Positions 49,425 to 60,550 of a DNA stretch of 64,000 nt are shown here, one piece after another. The notes below the pieces were generated by a model that was not told where the DNA came from, did not search any database, and was given only the letters and a program-made list of their open reading frames with translations. The stretch is from assembly GCA_004431415.1 (NCBI GenBank), contig QPMI01000113.1, positions 186,001 through 250,000 of the forward strand, read 5' to 3'. Source of the stretch: Cyanophora paradoxa CCMP329 (taxonomy: Eukaryota; Plantae; Glaucophyta). A program made the translations under genes and the position numbers. Each line of letters opens with the position of its first letter. Within the stretch, counting starts at the first letter, position 1.

Positions 49425-50289
49425 CACCCTTCTCTCCATCTCTCCCGGGCTCCCCCCGAGGCCTATCATCTATCATATGCACAGTATGTTAAATTGCATT
49501 GCAATTCAATGATTGGATACCGATATCGGATCATTTAAGCTTGCAATCGGTATACTACTAGGCTATGATGCACACGTACGTGCGAGCCGCTGAGCTAGCG
49601 CTGCAGTACTAGTGCACGTGCCATATGATCATGATCATGAGCACTTCCCGGGTCCGACGGGATCCCCGCCCGCCGGGCCGCGGCCGGGCTTTGATTCAAC
49701 TTGTTAAATCTGAGTGTCCGGGTCCGACGATCTGCTCATGAGATCATGAGAGTGTCTGCAGCTAGGGCTGTGCCCATCCCTTCCGATGTGCCACGGTGGA
49801 ATGCCGGTGAAGGTGTGCGCTGCGCATTTAGTTTGTTGTTGAGGTAACTTGTAAGCCTAATAGATATCTGCATGTAGACATAACTAGTAGTAAACGCTCC
49901 GAGGGTCAGTGAAGCCTTCAAGGCTTAAGCTTGGAAGCTCACTGGCCCTAATACTGATACAAGATTCGGCAGGTGGAAAGAGGAGACAAATTAAAGGAGG
50001 GGAAAGAGGTCGACTCCTGCACTGGCGGCGCGCAATCACGCAAAAGACACAAGGTGCTAAAGTACCAGGCGCAGAACATATACATACGAAGAGAGGGGAA
50101 AGCAAAAGCAACAATGTGCGCGTCAACTAGAGTTAATTTAATTTGATAAAACTACCCTGGAGAACGATACTAATATACTGTAGAAATACGTGCGTGGCCC
50201 TACCTGGGGGGGCAAATAGAACGCTTACCTAATAATCACTAACACTCTACAGCCGAGGGGGAATAATGAAACGGGGGGCGGGCTGGAGC

Positions 50290-53200
50290 TCAACAGTCGG
50301 CGTGCTGGGGCCCCGGGTGGACGCGGGAGCTCTTGCGGGCGGTGGAGCCGGCCACGGACCCGCAGCCGCTCCGGTCGTGGAGGGCCTGCGGGCGAGGCGC
50401 GTGAGGCGGGGCGGGGGGAAGCAGAGGGCCGCGCTGGGATCGGGGGGGCGGGCGGGGACCTGGGAGATCCAGCCCATGGGGAAGCCGGCGAGGGCGACGA
50501 CGCAGCAGCCGACCCACTGGTGGATGTTGAGGGGGTGCGTCCCCACGAAGTCGTACCCCACCTGGCGACGCGCGGGGGGGTCAGCGAGGGGGCGCCGGCG
50601 CGCGGCGGCCGGCGCTCGGGGGCGCGGGGACCTGGACGAGGAGGATCTGGACGGCGAAAATGACGACCATGATGGGCACGAAGAACGGGTTCCGCCAGAC
50701 TGCGCCCCGCCCCGTCAGCCCCGCCCCCTCCCAAGCCGAGGCGCGGCCGGCGCGGCGCGGCGCGGGGGCGCACTGTTGGAGAAGAGGTTCCAGCGGAAGC
50801 GGAGGTGGCGCCCGTTGGTCTCGTTGACGATCTGCATGAGGATGTTGACGTTGAAGATGATGGTGTTGATGCCGACGACGTCCTTGCGGTCGATGCCGAA
50901 GTAGGTGTAGCCGTGGTAGAGGATGAAGACGAGGACGAAGAACTGCCAGGCGGCCTGGGAGAAGATGTAGCAGAGCATGCCCTTGGTGAGCACGGGGTCC
51001 GTCTTGCGCCCCGGCTTCCGCTCCAGCACGTCGTCCTCCGGCATGTCCGTCGCGATCGCCAGCGCCCCCAGCGCTGCGGGGGGGCGCGGGTGAGCGGCGG
51101 GCGCCGGGGGGGCGGCGCTGGGTGCGGCGGCGGCGCACTGTCCATGATGAGGTTGATCCAGAGGAGCATGACGGCGTTGAGGGGCGTCCCCTTGTTCGTC
51201 GCCGCCCCCAGCAGCGTGATCAGGCACGAGACCACGTTGATCGCGAACTGGAACTGCAGGAACTTGCGGATGCAGTCGTACACGTTGCGGCCCCAGCGGA
51301 TCGCCGACACCACCGACGCGAAGTTGTCTGCGCGCCGCGCCCCGGCCCCCGGTCAGCGGGTGCGTCGCGGGCGCGGGCGCTGGGCGCGGGCGGGGCGGAC
51401 CGTCGAGGAGGACGATGTCGCAGGCGTTCTTGGCGATGTCGGTGCCGGAGATGCCCATCGCGAACCCGATGTCCGCCTCCTTCAGCGCCGGCGCGTCGTT
51501 CGTCCCTGAGGAGCGCCCCGCCGCCTCAGGGGGGCGGCCCGGGCACGGGCGGGGCGTGGCGGGGTGGGGCGGAGCGGGCGGACCGTCGCCGGTGACGGCG
51601 ACGACCTCGCCCATGCGCTTGAGGGCCTTGACGAGGATGTACTTGTCGGCGGGGCTCGAGCGCGCCAGCACCTGCAGCTTGGGGATGACCTTGTCCCGCT
51701 CCTCCTCCGACATCGCCCGGAACTCGGGGCCCTCCATCGCCAGGCCGCCGGGAAGCAGGATGCCGCACTCCTGCGCGCCCCCCGGCTCAGACCCCGGGGC
51801 GATCGCGAGCGCGGGGGCCGGGGGCGCGCGCCTGGCTGATCTTGCGGGCGGTGAGGATGTTGTCGCCGGTGACCATGCGGACGACGAGGCCGGCGCGCTG
51901 GCAGGCCCGCACGGCCGGGGGCACCTCGGCGCGGACGGGGTCCTTGATGCCGACGATGGCGACGAGGGTGAGGTCCCGCTCGACGGCCTCGGGGGCCGTG
52001 CCCTCGGCCACGGGGCCCTCGAGGTCCCGGTACGCGATCCCGATCGTCCGCAGGCCCTCCGACGCGAACTCTGCCGCCCCCGCTCAGCCCCTGCCCCGCC
52101 CCGCCCCACAACTCCCCTCCCGCCGGCGGCGCACCGGTGATGGCGTCGGCGTACTCCTTCTGGCGGGCGGCGTCGAGCAGCTCGCGCTCGCCCTCGGCCG
52201 TCAGGAAGGAGCCGCAGAGCCCGAGGACGATCTCCGAGGCGCCCTTGACGTGCAGCCGCGGGCCCCGCTCCGCCTCGATCGCCCTGCGCGGGGCGTCGAA
52301 CCGGCCCGCTGCGCGGGGCGGGCGCGGGGCCGGCGCACGTGGACATGCGCTTGCGGTCGGAGGAGAAGGCGCAGTTCCACTGGACGGGGCGGCGGGCGCG
52401 GGTCTGCTTGTAGTCGGTGCCGATCTTCTGGGCGAAGACGAGGAGGGCGCCCTCGGTCTTGGAGCCGACGAAGAGGAGCTGCCCGGGCTTCTGCGGGTCC
52501 TCCTCGATGAAGCACGTCGAGTTGGTGGCGATGCCCTCCCCCAGCAGCTTCGCCAGGCCCCCGTCGATCCCCCGCATCGCCTCCGAGAGGTCCGCCGCCT
52601 GCCCCGCCCCCCGCCTCAGCCGCCGCCCCCGGAGGAGACGCGCAGCGGGGGGGCGGGCGGGGGGCACCTGGAGGCCCTCGAGCCTGCGGCCGGCAAGGAG
52701 GGCGCGCACGACCGTCATCCGGTTCTCGGTCAGCGTCCCCGTCTTGTCCGAGCAGATGCACGTCGCCTGGCCCATCGTCTCCGAGGCGTGCAGGTTCCGT
52801 ACGAAGTTGTTCAGCTTGAGGAGGTGCGTCATGCCGTGGGCGAGGGAGAGGGTCGTCGCCAGCGGCAGGCCGTCCGGCACGGCGACGAGCAGCAGCGTGA
52901 TGCACACCACGATGTTGTCCACCAGCTGCCGCCCCCCAGGTCAGCGGGGCGCCCATGCCCCGCGCGCTCCGCATCTGCCACGCCCCCCGCCGCCGCGCAC
53001 CATGACGAGGCTGCCCCTCTTGTTGACGATCTCGCCGTAGCCGTTGTCGCCGCGGAAGTTGGAGCCCTGCCAGCCGTACATGACCGTGTCGCGGATCCAC
53101 CAGCCGGAGAGCGCGATGAAGGTGAGGACGGAGACGAGGGTGCCGATCTTGGAGACCTTGACCGCCATCCCGGAGAGCTGCTCCTGCAGCGGCGTCTCCT

Positions 53201-54696
53201 GGTGGATCTGCGAGTTCTGTGCCGGGTCCAGCGTCAGCCCCGCGCGCGGCTTCCCCGCTCGGACTCGGGGCGAACCAGGAGCTCCTGGATCTGGCCGCCG
53301 GTGGTGAGGCGCCCGACGGTCGTGATGAGGATCTTGCCGCTCCCCTCGGTCACCTGCGTGCCGGCTGCGCCCGGGCGCTCAGCGGGCGCGCGGGGGCGAG
53401 GGGCACGGGCAGGGGAGCGGGCCGGGCACCGAACATGAAGGGGTGCTCGGGGCCCTTCTTGACGGGATCGTCTCCCCGTGAGCGGCGACTCGTCGATCGT
53501 CAGGTCTGCGCGGGCGGCCGTCGGGGCGGGCGGGGCGGGCGGGCGGGACGGCGCACTGCGGCCGGAGATGAAGAGGCCGTCGGCGGGACCTCGTCGCCCG
53601 TCGCCAGCACCACCACGTCGCCCACCGCCACGTCTGCACCCGCCGCCCCGTCAGCACCCAGGCCTCTCCGACGGCCCCGCACCGCCCCGCCGGCGCCCAT
53701 CACAGCTCACCCCACGACGTGATCTGCATCTCCTCGCCGTTCCTCATCGCCTGCTCTCACGTCACATCCGCCCCGAGACGCAGGACCTTTTGCCGCGGCA
53801 CCTTGCACTGCTTCTCGGTGGCCTTCTCCATGATCTTGCGGAACTTGCGCTCCTTCGACCAGTCGTTGCCGCACGTGCAGAGCACCACTGCGCGCGCCCG
53901 ATCCCGGTCAGGTGGTTCACCCTCGGCGAAAGCGTTAAAACGGGCGCCGCACCGATGCCGACGGTGACTGAAATACTGATTCCTGCAATGCACGAGGATG
54001 TTCGCGTCGGCTGTGCGGCCGAAAACACGACGAAATAATAATGATAACCGTGCACCCTCGTGCCAGCCTGTGCTGGGTCTTGGATGCACCCGACGACCAG
54101 CGTCACGAGACCTCCCACGATCAGAATCTGAGCGGTGTCGACGTCGGTAGTCAGCGAGAGCCACCAGAGTCCATCAGTCATCACTCGGGGTGCTCACCTG
54201 GAGCACGCGGTCCTGCAGGGATTGCCACACCAGGCCCAGGAAGGACTTGGCCGGCGGCGGGGGGATCTTGTTGCTCCCGAACCTGCCACCATAAGAGGAC
54301 GCAGAGGCTGGCGCGCAGGGTGGAGGGCGCACGCTTCACGGCGGAGGGCCAGGTCGGCCGGCTGTCCCGAGAGCCCGTTGCCGACGTCCGTCTTCAGCAT
54401 CTTCGCCAGGCCCTCCACACCGCCATGCTGCTTGAGCGTCTCCAACAGCTCAGGCTTCTCCCGCTGCGGATAGGCAAGGGCGGCGGTCAGGCCGCAATTT
54501 GATCCGGGAAAGATCTGGCGCGAACGTTGTCGAAATTGACGATCTCCGTCAGCTTCTCTGCGGAGAGTGGGAAGGGCCCGTCGTGCTTGTCGCCAACAGG
54601 GATGCGGACGTCATGTGCTGCTCCGGCCGCGGTGGTATTCGGCGACGGGGTTGTGCCGGCGCCGTCGAGGGACACCATTCTAACGGGCTGCTCCAT
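50290..54696 (-). CDS. P-type IIB (PMCA-like) Ca2+-ATPase, multi-exon
   Basis: [95 protein letters not shown] and [10 protein letters not shown] few 1-bp indels are probably sequencing errors. Confidence 0.93.
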
Positions 54697-54879
54697 CGGG
54701 GAAGTGACTTTGAGCTGAGCTTGCCGATCTCCGCGCTCTGCTGCGGCTTTTGGATAGGTGGGAGCTCCCGCGGGTCGATTTCGCGGATCCGATCTGGCTG
54801 TACAGGGGCTGAACGACGTCCTCAGTGACTGCCCCGTTGAGTGCGAGGTCATAATGTTCCCTACAACCTGCGGACGGGG

Positions 54880-57580
54880 GATGTCAGTCTCATCACGATC
54901 GGGCCGGGCGTCCCGCCCGTCAGCCGGACAGAGCTTGACTGATTTATTATTGAACTGTCCAACGGCTTCCCAACCCCTGGGGAATATTCGAGAGGCCTAG
55001 AGGACGCCCTACTCTGTCGGCAAGTGAAGGGAAGCCTCGGTTGGACCCGGATCCGGAGGCGATCCAATTCGAGGACCTCGACATTTTACTGCAAGGCCCA
55101 GCGAGGGAGGCGAGCCCGAATGGTCGGAATGAACTACTCTATCCTGGCTGGGCTTTGACGGGCGAGGGGCTAAGGGGCGGCTGGCGCGCAGCGGATCGTG
55201 CGCCCAGCGGCCGCAACGAGCTGGCAGAACTAGAGCAGAGCCCGGGCTGGATAATGATGACAACCAGAGAGAGGAAGTTTGCGCACCTATCTCGCAGACC
55301 GAGGGCGCAGGCCTGGGTCTCCGGAACTGAACCTGGGCTGCGGCTACGCTGGCTGCGGGCTGGGCTGATGCTCTTGCGCGTGAGCTCGTCCAGCTGCGGC
55401 TCTCTATGCGATATGCTTCCACTTCCTGAACCGAACTGGCAGTTCCTTCTTCTGCCGCCGAACGTCGCGAACTCGGGCGGCCGGCGCCGTCGGGGCGCGG
55501 CTGCTAAAGGGCCGGCGACGATGCGCGTGGAGACAGAGAGAGAGATTCCTCTTGCTGCTGCGATGCAGGAGCTTGCGCAATTGCAAGGAGCCGGGCCCAG
55601 CTTCTTGCGGCTTTTTCAATTATGTATCGCCGCGGAACCCGATAATGGAGGCAACGTGGGGTAGACGCGCCGTTGGCTTGCCGGTGGCGAAAGCTTGTAC
55701 CCCCCTTTCCCGGTTCCGGGTTCATTCCGGGTTCAGGCGCGATGGAGAGCGGGCGTCTGCAGCTTCTCGACGCGAAGGAGCGGAGCGACATGCTGGAGCG
55801 ACACGGCAGTACACCAGAGCCCCCCAAACTTTCGCCCCGGCCGGCGAGCCGGGATCCCCCAGCGCCGCCGACGGAGCGCGAGCCGTCGGGCGATGTGGAG
55901 AGCGCCCTAGCGCTCGACCGCAACACCTCGAGGGCGTTGACTTCCTCCGACCGAACGCACTCCAGGCCGACGCGCTCCAAGTCGCTACCGCGCACGAGCA
56001 GCCTGCCAGCAGCACCACAGGCGGTTACGATAAACTTCACATCGGCCGCGGTGGCCACGAGCAGCCTGCGCGACAGCGCCTCTTCCGCCAGCGAACCCAA
56101 CGCAAACGACGAGAACTCGGTTGCGCGCGAGGAAGACCGCGTGCCGCTCGAGATTCGACAGGGCTGCTCGAGTGCGTAAAACCTCCCCGGCCCTCGCCGC
56201 CCGTTCTGACCAGCGGCGGCACCTCCGACAGAACGTACTGGACGGTGAGCGCCGAACGCCCGCCCGTCCGACGCCGCTCGCCGACTCTTTGCGCGCAGAT
56301 GAAGGAGCGCTGGTGGTCCCGCGTGACTCGCGGGATGCCGGGGCGTCATCCAGGTTCGATCCCGGGCAACTCGCCGCGCCCGCAAGCGCTGACGGCCGCC
56401 GCCAGTCGTTCCACTTCATGTGGTTCCTATCCTACGCGCTTGGAGACGCCATCTTCTGCGTCACGCGCCTGCACGATGACAAGTGCGCCCGCTAGCCCGC
56501 CCGCCAGCCCGCCAGCCCGCAGCTCGACTCGAGCTCGAACCCGAGCGCAGGTTCTCGTACATGGAGTTCCTCGTGCTGACGCTGGCGTCGGCTTCTTCGC
56601 GCTGATGAGCCCGCGCTGGAACTGGTCCGGCCGCGTCGCCCTCATGCTCGTCTACCTCGGATGTGCGCCGGCGCCCTCCTCTCCCCTCCCTTAACCCCCT
56701 CTAAGCCCACCCGGCGCCGCCGGCAGGTTCCTGTTCTTCGTGCTGGACATCTACGGGCGGACGGACTACTCCTCCGCCCTCATCCTCGTCTCCTCGTCGC
56801 CCTCTCCCTCCTCGCCACCTTCCTCTTCTTCTTCATCTACCCCCACATCACCCGCTGGCGCGCAACCGCCCCCCCCCTCCCGTCTCCCGCGGAGCTGAGC
56901 CGGCGCCGCCCCCGCAGGTACGTGATCCGGCTCTTCTCGATGGCCTCCTCGAAGGCCCGGAGATCGTCGTGGAGGACCCCAGCAACCCCGACCTCAACAG
57001 CTACGAGTTCGAGGCGCGCTCTCCCTTCTCCCCGCCGCCTCACCCGCGCCACCCCGCGAGCCGCCGGCACCCCAGGAGCGGAGCCTCGCCTGGCTCTGCT
57101 ACCCCCGTGCTACCAGCCCCCCACGTACAAGGTCATCTACAAGGGTACCGCTTCTCCTGCCTCTCCTCGTCTCCCCCGCTTGCGGCTCACGCGGCCGGGC
57201 GGCAGGCCGCTGCGCAACGGCAAGCCGAACGGCATGGGTGCGCTCTTCTGCCCGCCGCGCGGTGCCGCGCAGACCGACGAGGGGCGGGCAGGCCAGTGGA
57301 TGGACACGAACTATCGCGGGAGCACCTCGTCGGCTACTGGCAGGTGCAGGGCCCGGCGAGGTCCCGCCCGCCGCCCGGGATCAGAGGCGGGGGGCGGCAG
57401 GACGGGTGCCCCGTCGGCCCCTTCGACAGCGAGGAGGCCGACACCGGCAACCTCTTCACCAACCGTCCGCCCGCCGCCCCGCTGCCCGGCGCCCCGCCCC
57501 TCCCCGCCTGAGCGCGCCCCGCCCGCCCCGCCCCGCGCAGTGCGCATGATCTTCTCGACGAACGGAAGGGCTTCCGCAAG
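54880..57580 (+). pseudogene. 5' part of a membrane protein gene with a MORN-like segment, truncated at the repeat junction
   Basis: Spliced hydrophobic exons (FMWFLSYALGDAIF, MEFLVLTLASGFFALM, FLFFVLDIY, LLATFLFFFIYP), then YKGPLRNGKPNGMGQWMDTNYRGEHLVGYWQDGCPVGPFDSEE. Start uncertain. Confidence 0.65.
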
Positions 57581-57623
57581 TGCGCCCCCGCGCATCAGGG
57601 AGTTTTTCGCGAGGTGCCCCGCT

Positions 57624-60367
57624 GGGGCACCTCGGCGCGGACGGGGTCCTTGATGCCGACGATGGCGACGAGGGTGAGGTCCCGCTCGACGGCCTCGGGG
57701 CCGTGCCTCGCCACGGGGCCCTCGAGGTCCCGGTACGCGATCCCGATCGTCCGCAGGCCCTCCGACGCGAACTCTGCCGCCCCCGCTCAGCCCCTGCCCC
57801 GCCCCGCCCACAACTCCCCTCCCGCGGCGGCGCACCGGTGATGGCGTCGGCGTACTCCTTCTGGCGGGCGGCGTCGAGCAGCTCGCGCTCGCCCTCGGCC
57901 GTCAGGAAGGAGCCGCAGAGCCCGAGGACGATCTCCGAGGCGCCTTGACGTGCAGCCGCGGGCCCCGCTCCGCCTCGATCGCCCTGCGCGGGGCGTCGAA
58001 CCGGCCCGCTGCGCGGGCGGGCGCGGGCCGGCGCACGTGGACATGCGCTTGCGGTCGGAGGAGAAGGCGCAGTTCCACTGGACGGGGCGGCGGCGCGGGT
58101 CTGCTGTAGTCGGTGCCGATCTTCTGGCGAAGACGAGGAGGCGCCCTCGGTCTTGGAGCCGACGAAGAGGAGCTGCCCGGCTTCTGCGGTCCTCCTCGAT
58201 GAAGCACGTCGAGTTGGTGGCGATGCCCTCCCCAGCAGCTTCGCCAGGCCCCGTCGATCCCCCGCATCGCCTCCGAGAGGTCCGCCGCCTGCCCGCCCCC
58301 GCCTCAGCCGCCGCCCCGGAGGAGACGCGCAGCGGGGGCGGGCGGGGGCACCTGGAGGCCCTCGAGCCTGCGGCCGGCAAGGAGGGCGCGCACGACCGTC
58401 ATCCGGTTCTCGGTCAGCGTCCCGTCTTGTCCGAGCAGATGCACGTCGCCTGGCCCATCGTCTCCGAGGCGTGCAGGTTCCGTACGAAGTTGTTCAGCTT
58501 GAGGAGGTGCGTCATGCCGTGGGCGAGGGAGAGGGTCGTCGCCAGCGGCAGGCCGTCCGGCACGGCGACGAGCAGCAGCGTGATGCACACCACGATGTTG
58601 TCCACCAGCTGCCGCCCCCAGGTCAGCGGGGCGCCCATGCCCGCGCGCTCCGCATCTGCCACGCCCCCGCCGCCGCGCACCATGACGAGGCTGCCCCTCT
58701 TGTTGACGATCTCGCCGTAGCCGTTGTCGCCGCGGAAGTTGGAGCCCTGCCAGCCGTACATGACCGTGTCGCGATCCACCAGCCGGAGAGCGCGATGAAG
58801 GTGAGGACGGAGACGAGGGTGCCGATCTTGGAGACCTTGACCGCCATCCCGGAGAGCTGCTCTGCAGCGGCGTCTCCTGGTGGATCTGCGAGTTCTGTGC
58901 CGGGTCCAGCGTCAGCCCCCGCGCGCGGCTTCCCCGCCTCGGACTCGGGGCGAACCAGGAGCTCCTGGATCTGGCCGCCGGTGGTGAGGCGCCCGACGGT
59001 CGTGATGAGGATCTTGCCGCTCCCTCGGTCACCTGCGTGCCGGCTGCGCCCGGCGCTCAGCGGGCGCGCGGGGCGAGGGCACGGGCAGGGGAGCGGGGCC
59101 GGGCACCGAACATGAAGGGTGCTCGGGGCCCTTCTTGACGGGGATCGTCTCCCCCGTGAGCGGCGACTCGTCGATCGTCAGGTCTGCGCGGGGCGGGCCG
59201 TCGGGGCGGGGCGGGGCGGGCGGCGGGACGGCGCACTGCGGCCGGAGATGAAGAGGCCGTCGCGGGACCTCGTCGCCCGTCGCCAGCACCACCACGTCGC
59301 CCACCGCCACGTCTGCACCCGCCGCCCCGTCAGCACCCAGGCCCTCTCCGACGGCCCGCACCGCCCCGCGCGCCATCACAGCTCACCCCACGACGTGATC
59401 TGCATCTCCTCGCCGTTCCTCATCGCCTGCTCTCACGTCACATCCGCCCCGAGACGCAGGACCTTTGCCGCGGCACCTTGCACTGCTTCTCGGTGGCCTT
59501 CTCCATGATCTTGCGGAACTTGCGCTCCTTCGACCAGTCGTTGCCGCACGTGCAGAGCACCACTGCGCGCGCCCCGATCCCGGTCAGGTGGTTCACCCTC
59601 GGCGAAAGCGTTAAAACGGGCGCCGCACCGATGCCGACGGTGACTGAAATACTGATTCCTGCAATGCACGAGGATGTTCGCGTCGGCTGTGCGGCCGAAA
59701 ACACGACGAAATAATAATGATAACCGTGCACCCTCGTGCCAGCCTGTGCTGGGTCTTGGATGCACCCGACGACCAGCGTCACGAGACCTCCCACGATCAG
59801 AATCTGAGCGGTGTCGACGTCGGTAGTCAGCGAGAGCCACCAGAGTCCATCAGTCATCACTCGGGGTGCTCACCTGGAGCACGCGGTCCTGCAGGATTGC
59901 CACACCAGGCCCAGGAAGGACTTGGCCGGCGGCGGGGGATCTGTTGCTCCCGAACCTGCCACCATAAGAGGACGCAGAGGCTGGCGCGCAGGGTGGAGGG
60001 CGCACGCTTCACGGCGGAGGGCCAGGTCGGCCGGCTGTCCCGAGAGCCCGTTGCCGACGTCCGTCTTCAGCATCTTCGCCAGGCCCTCCACACCGCCATG
60101 CTGCTTGAGCGTCTCCAACAGCTCAGGCTTCTCCCGCTGCGGATAGGCAAGGGCGGCGGTCAGGCCGCAATTTGATCCGGGAAAGATCTGGCGCGAACGT
60201 TGTCGAAATTGACGATCTCCGTCAGCTTCTCTGCGGAGAGTGGGAAGGGCCCGTCGTGCTTGTCGCCAACAGGGATGCGGACGTCATGTGCTGCTCCGGC
60301 CGCGGTGGTATTCGGCGACGGGTTGTGCCGGCGCCGTCGAGGGACACCATTCTAACGGCTGCTCCAT
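57624..60367 (-). pseudogene. 5' half of the PMCA-like ATPase (truncated duplicate)
   Basis: Matches 51917-54696 and ends at KDPVRAEVP. Many 1-bp deletions. Confidence 0.85.
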
Positions 60368-60550
60368 CGGGGAAGTGACTTTGAGCTGAGCTTGCCGATC
60401 TCCGCGCTCTGCTGCGGCTTTTGGATAGGTGGGAGCTCCGCGGGGTCGATTTCGCGGATCCGATCTGGCTGTACAGGGCTGAACGACGTCCTCAGTGACT
60501 GCCCCCGTTGAGTGCGAGGTCATAATGTTCCCTACAACCTGCGGACGGGG

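Noticed and set aside
49763-49950. Second hAT MITE (tagggctg...cactggcccta)
   Set aside because: Poor TIR match and no 8-bp TSD.
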